From Heterodontus francisci (Eukaryota), in contig NC_090380.1 of NCBI RefSeq assembly GCF_036365525.1, positions 72,157,757 to 72,221,756 of the forward strand: a DNA stretch of 64,000 nt, read 5' to 3'. The notes beneath the pieces were generated by a model. It was not told where the DNA came from, made no database searches, and saw only the letters and a program-made list of their open reading frames with translations. Of the stretch, positions 1 through 12,903 are shown one piece after another. Within the stretch, counting starts at the first letter, position 1, and the number at the start of each line of letters is the position of its first letter. A program made the translations under genes and the position numbers.

Positions 1-779
1 AAATTGGCGGTCCGCACGTGCAGGCTGCACGCCAAAGAGCTGCCGCAATCTCCCACACTGCAGCTCATTTAAATAGCTGGGGTGGCCTGCCTCCTCCAGT
101 CACGTGGAGGGGGCGGGCTGTCCATCCCCAGCAATGGCGTCAGCTGCCTGTGTGCAGGTGCTGCTGCCATTTTTAGAGGGCAGCCAGTCCTTCCGGTCAA
201 TTTGAATTTTTAAAGCAGTATTCCTCTCAATTTTTATCCAATAAATTTCTAAAGCACCTTTCCCACTCTCCCAGTAATAATGACATTAAGTATTTGCCCT
301 TTTCCCCTCCCCTTCCAAGACACTTACCTTTTAAATCTGGCCTTTCCCCCTCCCCAGACTGAACAAAGTTTAAAGTTCGCCCCTTCCCACCATCTCCTAC
401 ACCCATTATGTTTATTTGACCCCGTTCCCCCCCACCGCACTGAAAATCCTAACTCCATTCCCTCCCCACCATTGTCACGCAGGCTTTCCCCTGATGGGGA
501 ATTGAAGGCGCGAGAGTGCCGGCTGTCATGCTGTGGATTGCAGCGGGCCCAGAAGATTCCAGGTAAGTTTATTTAAATTTATTCATGTTATTCATTTAAA
601 TATTGAAATGATGTTCTCGTTGCCCACGGGCAGGGGGCTGCCATGGAGTCTCGCTGCTGCTGGGAGGATCGGGCCAGGCCCTCCCGGTGTCGGCCTCCAT
701 GGCAGGCCGCTGCCAGATCCATATTTTGGCCCATCCTGCCACGGAGCCCGACGTCGTGGACTTGGTAAAAATCCAGCCC
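1..779. mobile_element. Harbinger-type MITE (left end cut by window)
   Basis: Ends in GTAAAAATCCAGCCC, a terminus shared by many elements here; inverted homolog at 5043-5811. Confidence 0.6.
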
Positions 780-1323
780 CACATCTGGAGTACTGTGTAC
801 AGTTTTGGTCTCCTTACTTAAAGTATATAATTGCATTGGAAGCAGTTCAGAGAAGGTTCACTTGACTGATTCCTGGGATGAGAGGGTTATCTTATGAGGG
901 TCTGTATTTATTGGAGTTTAGAAGGATGAGAGGTGATCTTATTGAAACATAAGATCCTGAGGGGACTTGACAGGGTGGATGTTGAAAGGATGTTTCTCCC
1001 TTGTGGGAGAGACTAAAACTAGGAGGTACAGTTTAAAAATAAGGGGTCTTCCATTTAAGACCGATGAGAAGAAATATATTCTCTCAGAAGGTCGTGAGTT
1101 TGTGGAACTCTGTTTCCCGGAGAGTGGCGGAGGCAGGATCATTGAATGTTTTTAGGCCAGAGGTAGACAGACTCTTGACAAACAAAGGAGTCAAAGGGTA
1201 TCAGGGGTAGGCAGGAAAGTGGAGTTGAGTCCACAAACAGATCAGCCACGATCTTAGAGAATGACACAACAGGCTTGAGGGGCCAAATAGCCTACTGATG
1301 CTCCTAGTTCGTATGTTCGTATG
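780..1323 (+). mobile_element. CR1 LINE 3' fragment
   Basis: PHLEYCVQFWSP..LEAVQRRFT RT C-terminus, then GTTCGTAT tail repeat. Confidence 0.85.
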
Positions 1324-1348
1324 CAACCCAACCACATGTGGCTAGCAT

Positions 1349-1680
1349 TCCCATAATGAGAGCCATGCTGCTACAAGAAACATCATTGAGCAGACCACTG
1401 GGTTACTGAAGCACAGGTTCCTCTGCCTGGACCGCTCTGGAGAAGCTGTCCAATACTCACTGAAGAGGGTGTCCTGATTCATGGTGGTCTGCTGCATCCT
1501 CCACAAACTGGCCATCATGGGGGCACAGCCCTAGCCACCAGGGTTTCAGCGAGCACCTCAGGTGGGGTAGGAAGAGGTGGAAGAGCCGGAGCAGGAGGAG
1601 GAGGAGGAAGGGAAAAGGCCATCTGCGTAACCACATCCAGACAGTGAGTGCATCATTTGACTCTGGTTCCCGTGAATAAA
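1349..1680 (+). pseudogene. Harbinger (HARBI1-like DDE) transposase C-terminal remnant
   Basis: Manual translation SHNESHAATRNIIEQTTGLLKHRFLCLDRSGEAVQYS..*FMVVCCILHKLA, then an acidic tail. Confidence 0.8.
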
Positions 1681-1789
1681 CCCCCAGCCACACACCTTGC
1701 CATCACAGCATCCTCTTGGCCACAATCCTGAAATAAAACCCACCACAAACAACCATTCCATACCAACTTTATCCAACAACACATTCAAT

Positions 1790-4345
1790 ACTCCATACTT
1801 TACTCGACTAATCACTCTTGTGCCATTCCCTTAGTGCCAAACCTGTGGGTGCCTTTGCCTGTCCCAGTTCTCCTATACAGTGCTACCCCAGTGGCTGCAG
1901 CATGGGTGGTAGAAGGCTGCTGACTTTCAATGGGGGAGATGCCGATGGTCTTGCAAGAAACCCTCAAGCAGCTCTATCCCTAGAAGGCCCAACTTTGAAC
2001 TGCACCACCTCAGTGGCAGCAGTCTCGGTTGGCTGGCTGACAGGAAACAGCAAAGGCACCGGTGGAGTGGCAGTGGTGGGAGCACTAATGCTATCATCCT
2101 GAGAGAGGGACCAGAATCATGCTCCACAGAGCCACTACCACTACTCTGGGGTGGCGCCTCAGCAATCCCAGTAAACTGTTGAAGGACAGATTGCTGGACT
2201 GCTCTGAGACTCTGAAAGCCCCTTTGTGTACTGGTATCATCAGCCATATCTGAGCCTGCATGGCACCAAGCTGAGAATTCATGATCTCAGTCTGAGCCTC
2301 CGGTACAGCACTCAGACTCACTGCTTGTGCTGCAGTGAAAGCTGAGACATCGGCCATCAGACACTGCCTCATGGTCGGCTCCGTAAATGCTGTCGTGGAG
2401 GTCGCCACCTCCTCTGCACTGGGAAGGATAGGCTCCAAGCTCTGCGTGAAGTCCTGTGCCAAGTTACAGCCAGACTCCTCCATGCTCCTTGATAGTGACA
2501 TCAAGCTTTCTGGCAGGCCTGCCAATGCACCATGCGTTTCTGCATGCATACCTGTCAGCCTTTTTTCTACATCGCCTCATCAAAGTCCTCCATCTGAATT
2601 CTCTGCAATAGAACTTGTGTGCAACTTTGCTCTCTAGGGAGCTGGAATCCATGTTATCCTTTCCCCCTGCCTGGGCTAGCAACCGACTTGTGCCCGGTGA
2701 CTCACCATGTGCAGATGTCGCCTCTCAGCTATCCTCTGATGTTTGCACAGTGCCAGTATCTGAGCTGGTGGCTGCAAGTAAGAGATCAATTGACAGTTTT
2801 TCTTCTTCATCAGTATCTTGCTCCTTGAGGACTTCTTCTTACTGCCCCACTGCCTGGCCAAGTGGCAGTATTTAGGTATCTAAAAGCATAAGGGCAGTAT
2901 TGGGGTGAGGGAAGTGGGGGAGGCAGGCGGTGCACGGTTACACCATCTGCAGCTTGTAAATCATAACAGATTACAGGATGAAGGTGAAAGTGGGATTTGA
3001 AAAGGTGAATTAGGCAGGAACAACAATATGAAAGGCACAATTCAACATGGTGGCTCCTCATCAGACCCCTTTTCTATCCTGAGTGGCGTGAAACAGGGCT
3101 GTGTTCTCGCACCCACACTTTTTGGGATTTTCTTCTCCCTGCTGCTTTCACATGCGCTCAGGTCCTCTGAAGAAGGAATTTTCCTCCACACAAGATCAGG
3201 GGGCAGGTTGTTCAACCTTGCCCGTCTAAGAGCGAAGTCCAAAGTACGGAAAGTCCTCATCAGGGAACTCCTCTTTGCTGATGATGCTGCTTTAATATCT
3301 CACACTGAAGAGTGCCTGCAGAGTCTCATCGACAGGTTTGCGGCTGCCTGCAATGAATTTGGCCTCAAGAAAACGAACATCATGGGGCAGGACGTCAGAA
3401 AAGCTCCATCCATCAATATTGGCGACCACACTCTGGAAGTGGTTCAAGAGTTCACCTACCTAGGCTCAACTATCACCAGTAACCTGTCTCCAGATGCAGA
3501 AATCAACAAGCGCATGGGAAAGGCTTCCACTGCTATGTCCAGACTGGCCAAGAGAGTGTGGGAAAATGGCGCACTGACACGGAACACAAAAGTCCGAGTG
3601 TATCAGGCCTGTGTCCTCAGTACCTTGCTCTATGGCAGCGAGGCCTGGACAACATATGTCAGCCAAGAGCCACGTCTCAATTCATTCCATCTTCGCTGCC
3701 TCCGGAGAATACTTGGCATCAGGTGGCAGGACCGTATCTCCAACACAGAAGTCCTCGAGGCGGCCAATATCCACAGCTTGTACACACTACTGAGTCAGCG
3801 GCGCTTGAGATGGCTTGGCCATGTGAGCCGCATGGAAGATGGCAGGATCCCCAAAGACACATTGTACAGCGAGCTCGCCACTGGTATCAGACCCACCGGC
3901 CGTCCATGTCTCCGCTTTAAAGACGTCTGCAAATGCGACATGAAATCCTGTGACATTGATCACAAGTCATGGGAGTCAGTTGCCAGCGTTCGCCGGAGCT
4001 GGCGGGCAGCCATAAAGACGGGGCTAAAATGTGGCGAGTCGAAGAGACTTAGTAGTTGGCAGGAAAAAAGACAGAGGCGCAAGGGGAGAGCCAACTGTGT
4101 AACAGCCCCGACAAACAAATTTCTCTGCAGCACCTGTGGAAGAGCCTGTCACTCTAGAATTGGCCTTTATAGCCACTCCAGGTGCTGCTTCACAAACCAC
4201 TGACCACCTCCAGGCGCTTACTCATTGTCTCTCGAGATAAGGAGGCCCAAAAGAAAGAAATACAATCATCCTCTATGATTTCAGCTCCACCACTGGGCCA
4301 CTGCCCAGCACCATCTTCTCCACGAGGGTTAGCACATGCACAAGC
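1790..4345 (-). mobile_element. Harbinger accessory (Myb/SANT) gene 3' part, decayed, interrupted by an RTE at 3021-4260
   Basis: Convergent with the transposase remnant; 2935-3020 plus 4261-4290 are colinear with 50150-50260 of another Harbinger copy. Confidence 0.6.
3021..4260 (+). mobile_element. RTE-clade (BovB-like) LINE, 5'-truncated, open 391-aa RT C-terminal ORF (3028-4203)
   Basis: GVKQGCVLAPTLF, LLFADD, FTYLGS, LLYGSEAW, LRWLGHV, terminal C2H2 (CSTCGRACHSRIGLYSH), (AAAG)n tail. Confidence 0.92.
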
Positions 4346-5042
4346 CATTTTGTTTTATAAACACTCAATTAGTCTTTTAGTTCATTTTGACCCATGATTT
4401 ACAAATTGATGACTCACTCAAAAGTTTGTTATACTTAATGGGGTTAGTATATTCGTACCACCGATTACAGATTTAAAATGAATGCAGAAAAATTAAAATG
4501 GTTGCAGAAAACGATTACAAATTTAACAGCTTGGGAAAGAAGAGCAAAGACAAAATAATTTTAAAAATTACCTGCTTTGTTTTTTTACAGTAAATGAACA
4601 CTTCAGAAATATCTAGCAGTAGAATGCTCAAGCATGTCACCAGTAAACTTAGTCATACAATCACTGAAGCTCCTGTTGACTGTGGATAAATTCTTCCGCT
4701 GCTCGGTCGGGTTCCTCCTTCCAACGCTCGGTTGGGCTTCCAATACTCAGTTGAGTTTTCTCCCTCCCTTGACTGCAGTGCTGATTTCTCACAACTACAG
4801 TAAAGCTCTCTGATGTTTAACCTCTTATACCCCTTTTCAAGGGAAGGGCCTGCGTTACTATATTGGCAGGCAACACCATCCTGTGAAGCTTCTTTTAAAG
4901 GCACAGTACCCAATTATATTCTGTGGACTTTGTTTAAACCATCGTTTGAACCCACCCAGAAAGCAGTTCACCTGTCTTTTGCTTTTTCCAGTAAATTTTC
5001 ATCTTCTGAAGCCCCTTCCAGTCAATCTTCCAGAAAACGATT

Positions 5043-5811
5043 TTGGGGTGAATTTTATAAGCATCAGGGAACGTGGCGGGGGGGACTGGAAAATCCTTCC
5101 GGGAGAGGCCCTCTATGGGCCTCGCGCTGGGAAGGCTCCGTCACATTTTACCAGCTGCTTGGCAGCGGAGCCTTCATTTCAATATTTAAATAATACATGC
5201 AAAAACACCTACCTTGTCCCGACGGCAGTTCCACACCGATATTCCAGCCGGTAGCCAGAACCCCCGCACCTTTGGATCTCCATTCGGAGATCCGAGGTGT
5301 GACACTGGTGGGGAGGGGGAGGAGTGAAATTTTCGGGGCAGGACGTTTGGGGAGGGAGGCGCAGTGTGGAAAACAGTTTCTATTGGCTGAGGGGATGGTG
5401 GGAAGCAATTGAAAGGCGAAGATTTGGGGGTGAAAGGTCAGGGCCGGCAATACAGTTTTGCGGGGGGGAGAGAGAAATTAAAACCTTGCTAGGTCATTGG
5501 GGGGGGGGGGGTAAAAGAGGGGCTTTTCTTGTTTTTTTTAATGTGAAAACTGACAAAAAAGTTACATATCCCTTTAAAAATTTAAATGTTTTCGAAGGGC
5601 TTGAAGCCCTTTAAAAATGGCGGTGGCGCCGGATGCTGTTGCCGGGGACGGAGCGCCCGCCCCCTCTTCCGTCATCGGGGGCAAGCGTTCTGCCCCCTCC
5701 ATGCTAATGAGCCGCCGCGTGAAATATCACAGCAGCTCTGCGGTGCATGTCTCGTGTGTGCACCATGCACTTTTAAAGCTCGCCAGTGGCGGGCTGTATT
5801 CAAATTCAGCA
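5043..5811. mobile_element. Harbinger-type MITE, inverted relative to 1-779
   Basis: GGGGTGAATTTT...AAATTCAGC termini; reverse-complement blocks match 155-215 and 590-610. Confidence 0.6.
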
Positions 5812-6169
5812 CTTTGTATTTTGCTGGACCCCTGTGCTTCATCTTATCTAATTCGTACCATCTTCCCAATTAACGTCTTCGTTAATTCAATTACCAGTAT
5901 CTCTCACTTGCCTGCACTATCTCTGTTGTTTTTTCTGATAGCATTTTTTAGTTTCCCAGTTCAGCAAGTTCAGCAGGTTTACTTTAGAAAGACTAAAATT
6001 TACACAGGAGATTCTGTTTTCAGTCCTATTGGGTTCATGACAGGGCAAGACCGGTGTTATGGCCAAGCTTTTTGCAGTGAATTCATTTAAAACAAGTTTT
6101 TTTTTGTCTTACAATCTGTGCCTGCCCCCTTCCAGTTTGCTGCAGCAGCTGGAATTTATGGGCCAACTT

Positions 6170-6988
6170 GGCCTGTAAGAGAGAGGAAAGTGTGTCAGTT
6201 AGTGTGGTCCAATTTGTTTGGGTGATGTGCATGCCACAGTTGAATAGCTGGCAGTGTGTGCACGCTGTGAGATGTGAATGTGTAGCTTGCAGCAGTGCTA
6301 AGTGTGTGAGGGTGAGGTGAGGCTTATGAATGTAAGCTATGAGTCATGGTTGATCGAGAATGTTGGTAGGCAAGTGGGCTGTGGTGAATGGGGCATTGTG
6401 TGAGGATAGTGGTGCAGTTGTAAGATATGGCATTTGACCATGCATTCACTGACCTTGATCACTTGTGTGAGGTCATTAAACTGCTTTTGGCACTGCATCC
6501 AGGTCCTTGGAGCTAGATGCTGGCATTGACTGCAATGGCTACCTGCTCCCACTGCCTTTTCTATCAGTCTAGAGGGCCACCCAGCCCCTTGCAGAAGAGG
6601 ATTTCTCTCTCCTGTGCACCTCCCACACCAAGGCCTCCAGCACAGCATTCGAGAACCTTGGGGCACACCTTCTGGCCTGTTGTGCCATTTTTGTATGTTC
6701 TTCCTGGTCTTCAAATCTTCTTTAACTAGTTCCAGCCCCTGGTGCAGCCAAAATGCCCCTCCCCTTTAAGAAATGTAAGCTGACTTGAAGTAATGCAGGC
6801 TAACATTGAGTAGTGCTAGCCTTGCACAAAGTTGGGTCCCCTGCTGAGGTGTGCAGCCACTCAGGAGCATGTTCAGTGCTGGGCTGCATCTCACAATCAT
6901 GATAATTAGCTGGCAGCATGAAGTTTGCACATTGAACAGACACATGGTGATCCCCACACCCGATTTCAGGGGGTATCCAATTAAGCCC
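6170..6988 (-). mobile_element. Harbinger end with frameshifted Myb/SANT exon (6688-6454)
   Basis: MAQQARRCAPRFSNAVLEALVWEV.. / ..APRTWMQCQKQFNDL, Myb/SANT (NAIF1/MSANTD-type) signature; terminus ..AATTAAGCCC. Confidence 0.75.
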
Positions 6989-7204
6989 TGTGCAGCTACA
7001 AGCAGAGTTGTCTAGCCACAAACAGAAGATATCCTCCATATTAGCTTGCAGTTTCCACACCTGTTGGTGGTTGAATTTTCTCTGTGTGCTATTTTGCATG
7101 TCAGTTAATGCATTCATGTCACTATATATACACTATTTGAATAGTCATCACATGTTTTCAAATAAACAAGCTAAAAACTTTGTTGAAATAATACACAAGT
7201 ACAA

Positions 7205-7455
7205 TCATAGACTGGTACAGCACAGAAGGAGGCCAATTGGCCTTTTGAGTCTGCGCTGACTCTTCTGAAGAATAATTCAGCTAATCCCACTTCCCTGTTC
7301 TTTTCCCATATCCCTGCAATTTTTACTCCATCAGGTATTTATCCATGTTCGTTTTGAAGACTTACCATTGAATCTGTATCCACCACTCTATCAAGTAATA
7401 CATTCCAAAACCTAACCACTATTGTGCAAGATGGTTTTCCTCATGTCAGTTCTGG
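7205..7455 (-). mobile_element. Old CR1 3' fragment
   Basis: Similar to CR1 3' ends at 28480-28920 and 58370-58620. Confidence 0.6.
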
Positions 7456-7710
7456 TTCTTTGGCCAATCATTTTAAATAATTAAAAAACTATTATTTATT
7501 CATTCTAGCTTATGGTTGCATTTTTTGAATTTGTTCACCAACATTACTGCACATGAGGCAAATGTTCAGTGACCAGCTGTAAAAAAAATTGCCTCATAGA
7601 TCATTCACTATTGTTTGTAACAGAGTTCCATGAGCTGTTTAAAGGGTACACCTGCATTTCTCTATTACATCCCAAATTGAATACTAGATTTATTTTTTCT
7701 TTTTCGTTAG

Positions 7711-7722
7711 GATTAAATTCAG
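7711..7722 (+). CDS. CD101: Candidate 12-nt microexon (G-L-N-S) of the CD101-like gene, leader region
   Basis: ttttttctttttcgttag|GATTAAATTCAG|gtaagt: strong polypyrimidine acceptor, consensus donor, phase 1-1, in frame with the next exon across an 81-nt intron. Confidence 0.6.
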
Positions 7723-7803
7723 GTAAGTTCTTTCAGAATTTTTTGTCATCACTTAAAGAAAAAAATGAACTAAAATACCTCTTGAATTTATATCTTGATA
7801 TAG

Positions 7804-8181
7804 ATCCGTGCACTGCTCAAAGACAAGTGAAATTACAAGAAGGGCCCCTAGTCCGGGCTGAGGGGCGCCATGTAACAATTCAATGTGATGTGAGTGGGTA
7901 CCAGCTGTCTTTAGTGCAGAACTTCGAATGGTCCATCTTCTATCTGGACAAGCCTGAAAGAAAAATCCAGATTATCAGCACAAGGGATGATGGGTTCCCT
8001 TATGCCGTGTATGGGGCAAGAGTGCGGAATAATGAGATCTACATAGAGAGGATTAAAGGAGACTCTGTACTGTTACACATTACAAACCTACAGAAAAGCG
8101 ATGAAGGGGAATATGAGTGTTACACCCCCAACACAGACAGTGCATACTGGGGGTCTTACAATGCACTAATGAACTTGACAG
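7804..8181 (+). CDS. CD101: EWI-family receptor (CD101/IGSF2-like; may be auto-annotated IGSF3-like), end of leader + Ig V domain 1
   Basis: AQRQVKLQEGPLVRAEG..C..NFEWS..DEGEYECYTPNTD..GSYNA matches CD101/IGSF3 domain 1; tag| acceptor, G|gtgggt donor, 378 nt. Confidence 0.9.
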
Positions 8182-8759
8182 GTGGGTTATTCAAACATTC
8201 TTTTCTATTTCTGTTTTCGGGGCTGTACTATACCTGACCATTATCAACTTCATAATTCATACTGAAAGTTAGAGAAAGACTTGCACACAATTAAACACAC
8301 AGCAGTGTGTAATTGCAATATTAAAAATGCAGCAAAAACATCCCACCAACCCAATCCAAATTTTAACACACCATTATGAATCCTATAATACACAAAGAGA
8401 TGCACAATTATACACCCTGTTAAACAACTTAGAGCAATACTCCATTATGAAAATTGATTATATACAATGTCATGCACAAGTCCTATTGAGCTCATTACAA
8501 AACCTAAGATCATGTAGAAATGCACCATTGTGTAACTCTATTAAATATACTTTTTTTAAAAATCTATTACACATGAAGTAATGCATCATATAAGTTTCCT
8601 GTACATGCAGGTTCTTATTTATAGGTAAATATGTTTTCTTTATGATTTGCAGGAAAGAGTGAATAGAATGGGAAACATATTCACTGTCAACCAAATCACT
8701 CCACTCTGAAAAACAACATTTCACCATTATTGTCTGCATTTTGTCCCTTAGACAATTTC

Positions 8760-9190
8760 ATGTCTATACAGTGCCTGTCCCTTTAATCTCATGGCTTAAT
8801 TCTCCTAACAAATCTATTAAGTGATAGTTTGCCAAATGCCCTTTGAAAGTCCATGTGCACAACATCAACCCTCTTACCCATCAATACTCTTATCCACTCA
8901 CTCAGTTAATCAAGTTAGTCAAACGTGATTGGTCTTTAACAAATCCATACTGGCTTTCATTTACTCATATTTTTCCAAATTCCAATTAATTTTGTCCTGG
9001 ATTAATGCCTCTAAAAGTTTCCTGACCACCAACATTAGGCTGACTGGCTTGTAATTGTAGTGGTTATCCCTCTTCCCTCTTTTGAACAGGGGTGTAGCAT
9101 TTGTAATTCACCAGTTCTCTGGCACTACTCCCATATCTGTGGAGCCGTGGAAGATGTGGCCAGAGCCCTTGCAATTTCTTTCATTATTTC
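8760..9190 (-). mobile_element. Old CR1 RT fragment
   Basis: Colinear with 34100-34430 (DFQKAF / NYxPVSL region). Confidence 0.65.
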
Positions 9191-10216
9191 CCTCCTGTCT
9201 CCTATCAGATAGGTGACTTACAGAATCCACCCACTCTGCCCCTCCCCCAAAATCAATAGTGGATACACTTGGTTTCCTTGGTGCCTTATGAGGTGGAACT
9301 TCCATGAGATTTTCCAATTAATGCCAAATGACTTTTAAAAATTCCAGTTATATTCTGTGGGTTTGACTTTGCTGGGAACGGCACTGACATTATTCAAAAT
9401 GACGGCAGTTAGAACCTTTATCAAACATCTAGTTGCCCTGCGAAGATGGTGGGTGGCCTTCTTGAACCTCTGGGTAGTAGTTTGGATACAGCCGAGCCGC
9501 TTACCAGGCTAGTTTAGAGAGCAGTTAAGAGACAACCACATTACTGTGGAACTGGAGTCACATATAGGTAAAACCAGTTAAGAAAGGCATATTTCCTTCC
9601 CTAAAGGCCATAAGTGAATCAGTTGAGTCAGCAATGTTGCCAGACTATGCAAGCTTCAGGTGCTTTCAAGCCCTAGCTAATTCTTGCCCTACATCCATAC
9701 ACCTACACTTTCCAGCGGGGATCACTAGTTATTTAGGAGCAGCATCCCATTTTGACTATTCCCATTCTAACCAAAGGTTGCTGAGGACAACTTGGCTATG
9801 ACCATCCTGGTGTGTACAGTGAAATACCATACAATAGCGTATTCCAATCCATTGAATGATCGAGAATGCCCAGGAAGAAAAGTATTTTAATATATTATGC
9901 TACCTATAACTGTTCTGCTTGAAAATCTCTAATCGCCTCTATCTGATATGGATTTGTATACAAGCCCACATGATGTATGGCTAGGAGACCTGTAATTCAC
10001 CATGGCAACTAGGCCCCATGATGTATTAGATTTTTCATTTATTTTTGCATGTTATTCAAAATGCCACACTGTGGAAGTGCTGAATGTCTGATGATATGTA
10101 TTGAGTTAAGTTACCTTTAAGACAAGTAAGATTGTGGAAGTATTGCATTCTTGTTGCAACCTTTGATTATCCATTCTGGATTCTGCAAGTCATGCTGAAA
10201 ACATATCTTCTTACAG

Positions 10217-10624
10217 TCATTTCAGACACGCTCAGTGCAACATCAGTACCCCGGACCCTGGATAAAGTAGAAGGTGACTCCCTGGAACTGCTCTGTGAGG
10301 TATCCAAACAAACATCACAGCACACACACGTGGCTGTCACATGGTACCTACAGAAGGGAGATCAGAATCTTGAGGTCATCTCTCTGACACGAGATTTTAT
10401 TCTACGTCCTGGGAAATCATATAAGCAGAGACAGGAATCAGGAGATGTACGACTGGACAAGATTGGAGTCAATTTATTCAAACTAACCATCTATAAACTG
10501 CAGATGTCAGACCAGGGGAACTTTTACTGTGAAGGCACAGAGTGGATTCAAGACTTAGACAAATCCTGGCATGACCTGACTAATAAACGTACTGAAAATA
10601 CCACAGTGAATGTTAAAAGTATAG
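10217..10624 (+). CDS. CD101: CD101-like Ig V domain 2 (contains the EWI motif)
   Basis: VISDTLS..LELLCEV..QHTHVAVTW..DQGNFYCEGTEWIQD; ttacag| and G|gtaagg; 408 nt. Confidence 0.92.
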
Positions 10625-12173
10625 GTAAGGCTGATAGGCATAGAAATGTATCTTCTTTATACAGCTGCAGTTTCGTAATGTGACTGCTACATCCATTGTG
10701 GTAAGAAAATCATGTGCAGCACAAGCCTGAATTTCCAATATGCATTTCAGCAATGTGAGGTGATGTTGAGAAAGGCTATTTGGCTGGCAAATGCATGTTC
10801 ACTATCTGCATTTACTGTACATATATTTATTCAAGGTTTATCACTAAAACGAAATATAGACACAAGGGAAAAGATTCTGCAATCGGGTGTAAGCTTGAGC
10901 CAAAGTCAGGTCATGCGAGTAAAGCACCCTTCTTGTAATTCTGTGCATGATCCGCATAATGGAGGTGAGTTTCTGGCATTGCAAATGCCCGTTTTTGAGA
11001 ATTGGCCCATTGCTGGCCAAGAAATCAAGTGCTGCTGCAGAATTGAAGGGCCGCAACAGCTTGAAGGAGCACCCTTTCAGTTTGTTAACTTTTCAAGGTA
11101 GCACGTTTCTTTGGACGTTTCTTTGGAAGAAATGTAGCAGCACACACAGATGCCCAACATTTTAGATGGGGTTATATGCAGCCGCTGATTCTGTCTGGGA
11201 CGGAATGACACAGCACCCCAGGTGAACAGCACAGTGCAAACTATGTGAGATTGGTATGGCAGAAATGGAGCATTGTTGTCATCGATGTATCAGATAAATG
11301 TCCCAGCTTGTTTTGATACCCACAGTCTAGACAGATATTCAGAATAGATATTCTTTCAATTCCTGTGCCTGCTGATTTTGGGTGAATCTGAGGTAAATTT
11401 AAGTGATGAATTGTTCCACTAGCTCCAGTTTTGTCCACCAGCAGATGTTGAATATGTCCATCCAAATATGGTTGTGCTTATTCAAATCGCATGTTAATGG
11501 TGGTAAAACATCATATGACATATTTCTTGTCATTAACATCATAATTAAGGAAAGGTGTAGGGTGGCTGGTGCTGCTATGGAGAGGGAGGGAGATTTAACA
11601 TTTAGATTCTCTCCAGGGCGTGGGGTAATTGATTATATCCTCAGCCAACAAATTTAAACATGAAAAAGCATATATTTTGTCTTCAGCCACTTCAAAGGAA
11701 GTAGGCTTTACTTCATTGTTTTCCACCTTTCCTCAGTAGCTGGATCCCTGATGCAGATGGAAGTCCATTGTGAATTTCCCTAAATTATTTACATGAGGCT
11801 GACCCTAGAAAATCAGGGACTAGCGCAGGCTGAGGGTAGTGGTGGTAGTTTCCCCCAACTGGCTTTATGGTGGGATTCTATCAGTCAGAAAATTCCACTT
11901 GCATCTGGTGCCCAATAGAGGGGATAAGATATTCAATTCAGATACAAGCATCTTCTGGGATTTGTTTGTAAACTTTTTGTTTGATTGGCAGCCTTTTTTC
12001 AGCTTAAGAGGTAGATATTTAAATTTCCTTTGCCCAAGTCAAATTTTGAAAGGTTATTTCTCAGCCTTTTTTTTTCAAATTGTGTAATCCATTCGAGGCA
12101 TCCAATAGGTTGGTTGGAGAGGCTCCATGAAGAGTAAAGAAGAACATTGTAAACATTACTATTCAGCAACCTT

Positions 12174-12903
12174 GAGTGGAATGTAATACTTTTCCCCCAT
12201 GGCAGGTTTGGAGGCACGGAGAGTATAAAAACATGTGGTATGGAGGCAGGGGCGGGAAGGCCTATGAACGGCCTTCCCGCTCCGCCGCCTATTGCGTCCT
12301 TAACTGGGTAATTAACCCCTAATTAAGGACCTCTTCCCACCGTAGCCACAAGTACTCCTGCAGTGGGTATCCCTGTTGTATGGAAAGCGTGGCATGAAAG
12401 ACCATGCGGGCTGCATCTCAGCTGTGGGGGGCGGGGAGCGGGGCAGGGCGGGGGGTGGTGGTGGTCCCTTGCTCAAAGGCACTTAGTGCCTAAACAGGGG
12501 ACCTGGCATTGGGAAGGGGGGTCCCACTGAGAGCCACACCCCTGCCCCATCTGCCGACCCCCACTCCCCACATGACTCCCACACTGCGAGACTCCTCCCG
12601 CCCTGACCTACCTTGTGCCTGGTTCCAGCACCGCTCCTCGGTGTCTGGCCACTGCAGTTACAGCAGCAGCCACCACCTCTGCAGTGGCGCTGCAGCTGCA
12701 GGCCTCTGATTGGCTGGCAGCTCTGCAAGGCTGGGACTTCCAGCGACAGGGTCCTAAATCATATCGAAGGCCTGCCACTGTCCAGTTAAGTGCATAATCG
12801 GTAGTAAATACAGCGGGCCTTCTGTTCAAGGGTCAACACGAGTATCTCATCGTCAGTTTCCCACGACATCAAGACCCCCACCGCCAACACAAAATTCCAC
12901 CCC
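12174..12903. mobile_element. Harbinger-type MITE
   Basis: GC-rich, ends AAAATTCCACCC; internal blocks similar to 24082-25808. Confidence 0.55.

Noticed and set aside
5880-5980. Hydrophobic stretch LPALSLLFFLIAFFSF as the signal-peptide exon
   Set aside because: No nearby in-frame ATG or convincing phase-1 donor; T-rich sequence explains it. Exon 1 remains unlocated, possibly upstream of the window.
7569-7803. N-terminal extension of ORF 7569-8237 as the real protein start
   Set aside because: GTG start, no signal-peptide character, and clear splice signals inside it
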